This document shows, piece after piece, positions 27,949-39,551 of a DNA stretch of 64,000 nucleotides. Made by a program: the position numbers and the translations under genes. The notes beneath the pieces were generated by a model. It was not told the DNA's origin. It was given only the letters and a program-made list of their open reading frames with translations, and ran no database searches. The DNA is from Chrysomallon squamiferum (lineage: Eukaryota > Animalia > Mollusca): NCBI GenBank assembly GCA_012295275.1, contig CM022666.1, positions 15,190,001-15,254,000 of the forward strand. Reading direction: 5' to 3'. Position 1 is the stretch's first letter; every line of letters starts with the position of its first letter.

Positions 27949-30129
27949 GATTATTATATTTTTGTTATTATAATAAAAGAAGAGGGTGCTTGCATGATTA
28001 AATTTGGCTTGAATATTTACTTTGAAAAATGCATGTATTCGTTTTTGAAGTAATAATAATACATATAAATATAAATACAAATAAATAATTGAGAATAATA
28101 AATATTTGTTATTTGAATGTTTTGAATCAAACTTGTAATTAATAATTAAGATAACAGAAGTTATTCACCTAGTGTTTTTCTGACAGTTATCTTCATTCTG
28201 TTTGGATTGTACTAATTTAGATTGGTGTATTATATATGTATACCAATATAAAAACAATCTGAGAACATAATAATAATGAAAATCTTTATTTGGATATATA
28301 TATATGCACTTTAGAATACACAGTTGCAGGTCAACTGTCTTTTATCTGAAATTCTTGGAGACAAATATTTAATTATCTTTGTTATTTATGTATGAAGAAA
28401 AGTTTCATTAAAACCAATATGTTTTTATGCAAATTATTTTTTTTATGAAAAAACAATAAAAAGAAGAAAAATAAATCCACTTGTTTTCAAAGCATCGCAA
28501 ATTTTAGATAACAGATATTTGACCTGTAACCTAACCTAACTTCCTTCTGCATTTAAAACAAAACCAAAATAAAGATCGAGATCTTGAGTAGAACTGTTAC
28601 TAAAAACTGTTTTGATTGTGAATGCTGAATTGTGTTTTCCTTGCATGTTTTTGTTTGTGACAGATTACGAAGACAGTCGAAACCGTTATCCAGACAGCTT
28701 TAATTTCCGGGTCACCAAAAAATGTATGTTGTTCCCTTCAAGAGTTTGCTGATTTTTTAATTAATTTATTACACTGTTACTTGAATTAATTAATATTACT
28801 GGTATTAATTAATATTTACTGTTATTAGTATTAATATTTTTAGTTTTTATTAATATTACAGTACTTAATATTAATATCAATGTGTCTAGTATTAATGTTG
28901 CTTTGAGTTTTTATTGTATTAAAAAATGTGGTTATGTCAATGTGTTATTTAATATGAATTTGAATAATTAATATTTATTGAATAATTGGCACTCCAGATT
29001 CTTTACATGAAATCAGTTGATGAATTTAATTAAACCAAAATAAATAAATAAAATAAATAATAATAATTATAACAATAATAATAGTAATGAAAATAAGTCA
29101 TTGGAAATCGTTCTAGAAACACATAATTGAGTAAGTATCCATCACAAAAAATCTAAAATTGTTGAAGTAGACATTGTTTACATTGCTCTGTTCATTGTCA
29201 CAATATCTTTTTTATTTACAGTTCAGACTGGAAACATGTAAGGGATAGTATGTCTAAAAAAACAAAAACACATTTGTTCTGTCTGAATTTTTAGGAAAAA
29301 TTATTACAGTTAGATACGGGACTAATTGAACTGATGTTGTTGTTGTTGTTTCAGTTAATATTGATGACGATGATCGGGACTCTCATTCACGGAGACGTAT
29401 GACAGACGATGATGACACTGTGTTAGACAACGCCAGCGTCACCAGTCAGGATCAAGGTAAAATAAGTTAAACAGAAATACTGCTTGTTGTCAATGTTAAA
29501 ATGATTTTTAAAGACTTCTCTTACTTGGTTTTGCTCACTGATTTTGTTCTGCTGCAGATTACGACCGAAGACGCAGAAGACGGCGCCGTCCTAACCGAGC
29601 ACGTGGCAACATCGGCAGCGCAGCGTCAGGAACGGAAACCGACACCAGCGTGTCGAATTACCGAGGAGGGGGAAACCGCTACCAGAACGCCATGCCCCGC
29701 GGGCAGTCAGCTCGGGGTGGGGCGACCACGTCTACCACCACCGCCACGTCTACCACCACTGCCAACAACAACGTCAGCCAGCCAAACTTGTCAAAATCGG
29801 ATCGAAACCAGACTGGGAGTCAGTTTGGTAGCAGTGGTTACAAGAACTCTCCACAGAACCAAGCAGGAGCTGCTGAGAAGGTGAACGGGACGGTGGACTC
29901 CGCACAGCCTCATCAGAGTCTGTCAGCTGATGCTGCTGCTGCTGCTGCTGCTGCCAAACCTCCACGCGATGTTCCAAAGGAGCAGCGGGAACAACGTCGC
30001 AACGTGGTGCATGGCAAAGCAGTGGGCAATGCCGCGAGTGGCAGTGATTCTGACACAAAGACTTCGAAAACTAAAGTGAGCAGCTCGGTCAGCAAGCAGA
30101 AGACAGAAGCAGTGGTGAACGGAGAATAA
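17401..30129 (+). CDS. FMR1: Fragile X messenger ribonucleoprotein family protein (FMR1/FXR homolog), 17 coding exons
   Basis: Exons: 17401-17451, 19596-19648, 20145-20238, 20636-20790, 21297-21362, 21825-21918, 22962-23078, 23860-24027, 24386-24464, 24766-24893 (or 24902), 25422-25508, 25866-25969, 26782-26876, 27506-27679, 28664-28723, 29355-29456, 29558-30129. All phases are compatible. Motifs: [17 protein letters not shown] and Agenet/Tudor ([22 protein letters not shown]); KH1 ([24 protein letters not shown]); KH2 ([27 protein letters not shown]); RGG boxes. Confidence 0.95.
22598..22931. mobile_element. MITE (Tc1/mariner-pogo-like) in FMR1 intron 6
   Basis: TA-flanked imperfect TIRs: CAGGTACCAGACCAATTATCTG versus reverse complement CTGGTACTGGACCAATTATCTG. 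Internal ccagaaa subterminal repeats; no ORF of note. Confidence 0.75.
28327..28526. mobile_element. Short 200-bp MITE in FMR1 intron 14
   Basis: Imperfect TIRs: CAGGTCAACTGTCTTTTATCTGAAATT versus reverse complement CAGGTCAAATATCTGTTATCTAAAATT. TA on the right flank, TG on the left. Confidence 0.65.
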
Positions 30130-33100
30130 CTGTCTGTGTCCTCTGTGCGTGCTGCGATTCAGTACTTAAACCCATCACAGTGAAGACTCACCCGACTGCA
30201 CCAGATTACAACATAAACAAAAACAGAATTAATTTTTCAACAGTAACTCACTGTAACTCGAATGTTTTTGGAAACTTCGTTTTTTTTTTTTTTTTGGTGG
30301 GGTGGGTGGAATTTGAAACTTACGTTTTTGGGGAAATCTAAAACTCGGTTGTGTTTTTTTGTGTGTGTGGGGGGGATTTGAAACTCAGTATTTTGTGTTT
30401 GGAATCTCGGTTTCTATTTCTACTTTGAAACTCATGTTCTTGGAGTTTGAAATCTCAAGTTTGCAGTGACCTAAACACTAGCATTAGGTGCTGAAGTATT
30501 ATTGACAAGTAGTGACCTGGCGCGACCTTTTCTTCTGAAAGAAAATAAGGTCCCTAGCCGTAGTTATTGAGAAGGAAGATTAATCAAGGCCCTGTTGATG
30601 ATTTCAGTTAGATTTGTGAAAGCCTTGGCTTGTAGCTGCCATTAGTTGAGCGATTTTGAAAAATATAAACTGACATTACTTAGACGTTGGTGTTAGAAGA
30701 ATCCCCACTGATCATCAAAGACTCCAGAAGCACCATGAATGATGCAAAAACAAGTCAAAAAAGAAAAAAAAAAAACAAAAATGAAGATGAAAACAGTAAC
30801 ACTGCAGCTTCATTTTAACACGAAATGCTCTTCATTACCGGATAATAACAATTTTATGTTTGTTTTTTTTTCTTTTGAGGGTTTTGTATTTTCTTTTTAT
30901 TTAAAAATTGGAAATATGTATCCTGTCTTTCTGGTACATTGGACACTATAAAAATGATTAGTTTCTTAAAATGATCTTCTGTGACACCCTCCCCTACCCA
31001 AATCATTCATCTCCAGAAAAGTGTGACTATGTTAATTAGCACAAAAAGATTTATTTTGAGATAAACTGATCCTAGGTTCTCGACAACAACATTTCAGCAC
31101 CTGTTTTCACTATCTTATTTTTAATTTTATTTTTCACTTTCCCACTTTCATCTGGAATTGAACATGAACTTGTTTTATTTATTAATTTATTTATATTTTT
31201 TTTAAGGCAAATTTTCATTTAAATAAAATATAGTTAATAGTAGAAATCTTCTAAACCATAATGGAAGAATTCCCTTTTTTTTTTGGGGGGGGATGGGGTG
31301 AAGGTGTTATTTCTGCCAAATGTAAACAAATTGAAAAAAAAAAATAAAACAATCTCAAAATATTTATAATATATTCATTTAAAAGTTCAATTATGTGAAT
31401 AAAAAAAAAAAATTAACATTAAATAATTAACTCCCCCCAAGAAACCCCCCCAGACATTTCGTATGTTTGTCTTATGTTACACATCTTGCAAAGTTGCTAT
31501 TTCTCTTCTTTTTTTAAACTGACACCTGTGTTTGGTTATTCAATGTCTATTCTACATTTGTGTGACGTACATATTTAAATATATAAAATACTTTCTCGTT
31601 ACTGTTTAAAATTCATTAACAGTGTTGTTAAACAGATCTTGTAATGATTTTTGAAATCCACAAGTTGCGTTGATGATATTAATTTTTGTTTCATTTCTGT
31701 GTTAACACTGATCATTACATTTTTTAATTTTTAAAACATTTTTTTAATTGTTTCTTGCAAATGTTCATACAATGTTAGATGTTACGTGGAATGTTACAAA
31801 CTTTTCATTTAATTTTTGCACAGAGAACTGGAATCTCGCATTATTGCTTTATAGTTTTCTTTTTCACTTAACTGTTAATTTGTTAGTCAAAAATTTGAAA
31901 AACATCAATCATTATTGAAATGATATAATCATTGTAATATAATAAAAATTGATCTGAAATTGAATAAGATGATGCAGTTCCCTTTTTTCCTTTTTTTGGG
32001 GGGTTTTTTGTTTTTATTTTTGTTTTATCTTTGTGTTTATTCTTTCCTTTGAAAAGAAATGTAATATTATAATAATGACATTTAATATAAACTGATTTTA
32101 AACTGAATAAAAATCTGTTTGAACTGTATATTTATCTTAAATATATTAATTTTCAGTAACAGTTAGATAGAACTAAGTAAGCCATGCACAGCAGCCTATT
32201 CAGTCTTTAACTTGTTAAAAATTACATTATTAATAAAAACATATAAAATAAATAAATAATAATAAAAAGAAAATTCTTATGGAGAGATTTGTTTTATAGT
32301 GTATCTCTTAAAGCCGATTTGCTTTGGAAAATTAAAAAGTACATAAGATGAAGAAATCAGTGTAAAACATTTGGAAGTAAATGAAGATATTTTTAGTTTT
32401 CACAAACAAAGAAAATTAATTTGTGTATTATCAGTTCTCTGTGTTTATTTCTGTGTTTTTCTCAAGTTCAACACTGTGGTTGCTGTTTTATTGTTCAAAT
32501 GTTTTATCAATGCTTGAAATAAATAATTATTGCTGCATAATTAATAATAAATTTTATTATGATGATAAGCCTAAAATTATTAAAATGAGAAATTATTTGA
32601 ATTTATTAATACAAATTTAGATTTTCTATAAAAAAAAAAAAAAAAGTGGTATTGAAATAAGAAATTACTATTGTAAGTCCATTGTTTTCTTGTTGCTAGT
32701 ATTTCAGGTATTACTGAAAAATCTTGAATTTGTTTAAAATAAATTGGTTTATTGTAATGACCACATTAGTAGTGAGTTTCATGTAAACTAATCCTTGTTA
32801 TTTTTTCCTGTATTTTGAAAAAACAAAACCAAATTTACAATTTTTTTTTTTTTTTTTTTTTTTTGACTTTTTTTTTTTTTATTGCTTTATACTATTATTT
32901 TATTTTTTATTACTTTTTCTTTAATGTGTGGTATAAAATCAGATAAAAACAAAAATAAAAATGAAGCATTACTTTCATGATTTCATTGCTTTATCATTAG
33001 ATTCGATATGTTTTTGTTGAAAGTATATAAAAATTATAATATCCTGTAATTTCATTTTTATATCATGAAGTTTCTTCGGACAAGGATACAAAAATGTTTT

Positions 33101-33855
33101 GAAGTGTGTAAATGTTGGACCATCGTTTTCATTGAAAAGTCCAGTAGATTTGTCTCAGCATTTCCTTGTACTTGATGTAAAAATTCTGAGACCGATTTAC
33201 TCGACTTCCAGTAAATGTAACCACATTTATTTTAGTTTGACCTTGACATTATTTGAAAAGAGTTGACGCTGTCAACATTTTCGTTCACTGACAAAATATT
33301 TCGACTTTTTCGTCCTGAGTCTCATACTTGTATGTGACTTTATTTGACTGAGACATCAAAGAGAGCAGACGCAGATGAACATACTTTATCAAGACCCTTT
33401 TACCTGGTAAGGAAAGAAAAAGAAATTACAGAAGAGAATTTTTTTCTTTCAGGAAAAGGGCAGTGAAGAAAATAAGAACATATCTGAATGCGAAGGAAGC
33501 AGTTCTGTAGAACCAAAATGGTTAAAACTGTTTTTAATGAATAAATAAAATTAATATTGATAGTGGGACTAATAATGATTAAAATGTATTTTCAACTAGA
33601 GTAAGGAAAGTGACTGGATTCAAAGATTTCTTAATTAAATATTTGTTTTTGCATTTCATTATTATTTTTTCTTTAACTGAAATTTTGGACAAAACTGCTT
33701 CCTGAGGTTCAAGATATTAATTCTGACAGAAAGAGAGAGAGAAAAAATTACATCAGTTGCACTGTGTTGCAACCAAGACTTACATTTGACAAAACTGCAA
33801 AGACTGATTTTCATTTCTTTCACAGATACTACTACTACCATTTGGCCAAGTCTTT

Positions 33856-33899
<44 letters not shown>

Positions 33900-36800
33900 A
33901 CTAAAATACTTATAATCAGAACGTTTTAATATATTAACAAAATTTGTAGAACTTTTGACAGTAAGTTTGAAACAGGAAGATACTAGTAATAGTATCTGTA
34001 AGAGAAATGATTTCAGAAAGTCTTTGCTTACTAAACTGTATATTGTGTTTTCTTTGTTTTATGTATGTACATATTATTTACAAATAAACAGGTAGGAAAA
34101 AAAAAAAAAAAAAAAAAAATTGAAAAAAAAAGAAAAAAAAAGAAAAGTAAAAAGTATTAAATTTATACATTTTTTTTTCACAAAGTTTTTAATTTTCAGT
34201 GAAAAACATTAAATTTATAATGTTGTTATCAATAATATATTTACATTTTGTTTTCTTTCTTTATCTTTTGCTGAAGTAAAAGTAAATAAAAATAAAACAT
34301 TTTTTGAACAATATTAACACAGTATCCAAATTTTGAAAATAAGTAAAACAATTTTGAAAATAAGTCATAACTTGATAAATGCCTTTTTAGGAAAAAACTG
34401 ACACAGTAATATAGTTATTAGTTTATTTTCAATGGTTTTTGTTTTTTTAATTACATTTAATCTTTAAATAGGTTTTTGAAATTTAATGTTTTTCTTTGGA
34501 AATGTGGTTGTGTGTACACACATATAATTTGTAAATAGGTTGTGTTTTATGTCACCTAATTGTGAACCCTCTATTGATACAAGCACTGATCAGTCAGTAA
34601 GAGGTTTTTTGGGGTTTTTTTAAATAATTTTTCATGAATATTTGCAGTTAAAATGACACAGGCAGTAATAACAATGCGAAATAAAAACAAAAACAAATAT
34701 AAAAAACCCCAGAAAAAAACAACATTTTGTGAATTTTAAATGTTTCCAATTTTTGCATTTGAACTGTTCAGTACAATTACTTTTGTATCCTGCTACTGTT
34801 CTTTTTCAGACAGTTTGATTTTAATTTTAAAATATAACTTTAAACTGAGGTCATCATTGCTTTGTAATTCACACTCATTGTTTATTATAATGTTTCTTTA
34901 ATTCAGGCTTAAGTTTCAGTACAATAATAATAATAATAATAATAATAATAGTAACCTTAAAAGTATAAATTAATATAAAATTTAAATTTTGAGTATTTGA
35001 ATGACTTAAGTTGTAAATTTTTAAGTTTCAGAACATTGATCCTTGTGAAGATGGCAACAAAGATAATGTTCTAGAAATAAAATTCTGATGAGCACTTTTT
35101 CAATTAGTTCTTACACTTTTACTGAAGAATAACAAGTCCAGAATTTACACTGTTGTAGCATTTTTGAGTTACGATTTTTGATTAGAAAATACTCAACAAA
35201 AGGCTTACTTACTGTCTGATCACTGCCTGATTGAGAAAACTGTTATAAAGAAATATAAATGTGTTTTTTTTAAACCATTTGTCATCAAGCCAGTCTTCAG
35301 TAAAACAAAAGTATTATTTAATTATAGTTTCTGCTAACAGAATGTTTCGAAAAAATGTCACTTGATCCAATGTTTTTTGTATAAAATAATAAAAGAAATT
35401 TTTGAAATATATTTATTACATTTTTTTTTTTTTAACTTTTTAATGCTGACTTGATGACAAATGTTTTGAATGCTAATTGCCAATTGCTGTTGATAGCTGT
35501 GCTTATCTGCTAAAGATACAATTTCTCCAGTTTATGTGACCAAAATAAGAGAATAAAACTTAACGAAAGTGGCAGAGATGGTTTCAGATCACCAAATGAC
35601 AAAATCAGATAAAGTAAATAATAATAATAACTTCAACAACTCTGATAAATTTAACAAAAAAAAAAAAAAAAAAAAAAAAAATTGAAAATAATTCTTTATA
35701 TTGATAAATGTAATGGATAAATTTATATTATTTTTATTGGTCTGTAACATGCATAAACTTTTATTTAGAAGATAAAGCCAATGGCAGGATTGAAAGCTAA
35801 AATTAGTTTGTTTGATGACTAAAGTAAATAAATAAAACTAAAATAAAAATATTCATCTTTTAATGACATGCCATTTAATGTAACTAAGACGTAATTGGTA
35901 TAAGACATGTAGAAAATTCTGCTTTGAGAAACTGTAAACATACTGAAATGTTGCAGGTTGTGAGGTGTTTTCTGAAAACCATTCTCTGTCACTAAAAAAC
36001 ATTTGCGACACAGATTTGGCTACGTTTATGACTGATCCAAATAACATAAGAACAATGTCAGAAGAGCCAGAAAAAATGTGGAAACTGATAGATCATGTGA
36101 AAAGTGACAGAAAAGAAATACAACATGAAAAGTGATACAAAAGAGATGATATTTTGCCCAATAAGTATGTCGCGATTCTGCAAGTATGTTTTGAAAATAG
36201 TTTGATTTCACTCCATGAAATCTGGAAAGAGATATTTAAAATGAAAACAAGAAAGATTTTAGATTTGAATTTAGAAAAGATACGCTCTTTGTTTACAAGT
36301 ATCACTTTTCTGAAGATGCTATGTTGAGATTAAATAACTTTGCTTTGTTCACATGTAAAGCGACAATGATCATCTTTTACTGTTTGCTGAATATTTTCAT
36401 TTCAGTTAGTCAAAACACAATCTGAAGAACAGACTATGAAATGAAAGTATTGGCACATTTGATTGGCCAGTGTCTGTGAATTTGTCCAAAAGACTTTTGC
36501 CAAAGGTAAATTTTGATTGGTGCTTATGAATACATCAAAATATTTTAACAAAAATTCTTTTTCGTTCAGTTTCCAGACTTTAAATGTGGATTTTAAGACA
36601 AATACTTGCACATTTGAGGAAAAGTTAGACATCAAAAAGGAGACTGTTCACAAATTTATGATTTACAAAGATAAACCATAATGTGTGGCAACTCGGATTT
36701 GAATTTTAAATGATCTTTTCTCTCTTCTGCAAGGCATGAAAGAAATTATAAATATTTTGAACAAGACATCCAGTTTATTTATTTCTGTTCTGGTACACAG

Positions 36801-37700
36801 CATTGGTCATTTTGAAATTGAGCATCCAATCAAAATGTTTGCAGAAAAAAAGAAAAAAAAGAAAGAATGAATCCACATGAAAATTAAAAGAAATGAAAAA
36901 AAAAAAGAAAAGAAAAGAATGAAAAACAGAAAAAACCCAACAGAAAATAAAAACAAAAAATAAAAACGTGGAAGAATGATGCAAAGAATTTAATGCCTTC
37001 CATTGCTTAAAACTAAGTTGGACTGGTTTTAAGATAAAACAAACTCTTTGCCTGTTTATTGTGTATATATATAAATATATATGACACTCTTATGCTATTT
37101 GTGTGTTTGTGTGTGTGTGTAGTTGGCATTCTAGAAAGAAGGCCATGCATATTTATTTTCACTTTTGTTACCAAGTTGTACCAAGTTAGAAAATTTTGAC
37201 CAGTTGTGCAGATGTGTTCTAAAATTAAAGTGATGCAATAATGGTTTTGGTGTCTGTCATTTATTTAATTTATACTTTTTAAATCTCAGAATTGTATGTA
37301 TTTGCTGAATTGACAACCTGTATCATTACAAAATGCATGAGAGTACGTCACCAGCTGTCAAATTAGGATATCAAGGAAAATGGGAACCAAAGTGGTTGTT
37401 TAAAAATAATTTTTTTTTTTTTTTTTTGCATTATATTGTTATTTAGCTAATGCCAAGGGAATAGTTGGGGAGAAATCATTAGAGTTACAGTACCCATTAC
37501 TGTATTTTTGGCCAGCCTTGTTCATATCTGTTGGTTCAGTACCAATGTATTTTTATTTTGAGATGTGAATTATTTTCTTCTTGTCAGTTATTTTGTATTC
37601 ATGTTGGGAAAGAACATTAGGAGGAAAGTATCTTATACAAGAACATTCACATGAACAGGAAAACCCAGATTTGAATAAACTACTTGCAGAGCACTGTTGT
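30130..37700 (+). other. Probable long FMR1 3'UTR (end approximate)
   Basis: No coding exons found; largely T-rich on the + strand until about 37700, where composition flips to A-rich. AATAAA at about 37674, among several others. Confidence 0.4.
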
Positions 37701-39110
37701 AATTACACAAACAAAAACAACACAACAGAAATTTAATATTTATTATAAAATAAAACACACTGTGAACAGTTGAATGTAAATGCATATCAAAAGATAAAAA
37801 TGTATACAAAAATGAAAAAATCTTGAAGAAAATTTTAAATAATGTAAAAATGAATACAGATTATTTGTATAGGGCAAGAAATAAAAGGAACTGATACTAT
37901 TTACAATTAAGAAAGCCTCCACCTTATAAATAATTTAACAAATAAATAAATAATATATATATACACACACATTAAAACACAAGTTATAAAGAGATTATAA
38001 AATGTTTCTTATATAAAAGAAATTACTTTGTAGGGAGTTGTGCATTACAAAAAAAAAGTTAGTTTTGTGATCAGAGTGCTGGTTATCTACATCACTGACT
38101 GAATGACAGAAAAGTTGCTGTAGTTTTACATGAAATCTTTACACTACATCAACTACATCCTGTATTTGCACATTTTCATGCCTCTGTATATACAATGACA
38201 TAAAACAAATCTTTTGTTAATAATTATGATTATAAATCATTTCATAAAATGGAATCATTACATAATTATGATATGGAAAAATTTGCTTAATAATTTTACA
38301 TAATTACAATGTTGGTAAATTCATGTACTATATATATATATACATATATATATACACAGACATATATATATACATAATTATGATGCTGTTAAATTCACAC
38401 AATGGACAGTTATTTAATTAGAAAATAAATAAACACAACAGACTGTTACATAATTAAGATATACTTATAAATTCAAATTATAACAGTCAAATGATTCTTG
38501 TAAATTACAATACAGATTTTTATATATTTAGTAAATTCTTACTGTATTTGCATACTTATGATACTTATAAATTCAAATAACAATGTTAAGTCATATAATA
38601 TGCAAAAGATTGTTACATAACTATGGTAAATAGGTAATACTGATATACAGTTCTGTCCCAGTCATCAAAAATACACATAAGTAATTTCATCATTTCTGAT
38701 GCATGTTAGGTTTTAAGACAATTTTGCATTTGTCAAATGCTTTTAGGAATTCATAAAAGATAACAAAATTTATTTAAATAACAGGTATAACAGAAATGTG
38801 TAAACTTTGATAGGTCCTGGATGAACAAGTAATAAGACATAAATAGCACTAACAACACAGTTCATATACAGTATGGCTGTTAAAAAAATATGTAAGCTTG
38901 GAAGAAAATCCAGATAAATATTATATTTTTTTAAATCACAAAATATTAACAAAGTCAAAGTGGTCTTTTTATAATTCCAGCTTACAAAATAGTTAAAAAA
39001 ATAACTTTTACCTGTTTTTCACTGAATTTAAATAAATATTTAATGGTACTCCAGCACTATATCCCCACACACTATAAAAGGAAAATGTTAATCCACTGTG
39101 TGTGTGTACA

Positions 39111-39511
39111 TCAAACGTATGGTGAGGTGCCATTCCAGTGAACTGATGCTCCACTCCACCTGAAACACACAAAAATGATAAAGAAACATTAGCTTCAAAG
39201 TGTTGTTTAGATCAGGTGTTTGGAAACTGGTTTGAGAATATATGTGTCCTGGTAGTGGTGTGTACTGTGTGAGTGTGTGTCAGTGTGTATGAGTGTGTGA
39301 ATGTGTGTTTGTATATGTGTCTGTGTTTTTGTGGGTGTCAACGAAAGTGTCTGTGTATGTGAGTATCAGTGTATATATTTTTTGATGTGTATGTGTTTAT
39401 GTATTTATATGTGAGCATGCCTCTGACATGTACATGTGTGATATTTGTAGTGAAGAGTAAAAGTTTACTTTGTCATGATGCACTGTTCTAGAGGTGGTAT
39501 CTTCTGACTTG

Positions 39512-39551
<40 letters not shown>

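Noticed and set aside
29501-30095. Alternative-frame and antisense ORFs over the last FMR1 exon, and a (GCT)7 poly-Ala
   Set aside because: Explained by the GC-rich exon. The short coding GCT run is not equivalent to the human 5'UTR CGG repeat, and no CGG tract is present in the leader.
30524-30552. Small hairpin GACCTT...AAGGTC in the FMR1 3'UTR
   Set aside because: Short, bulged stem expected by chance; no recognisable family.
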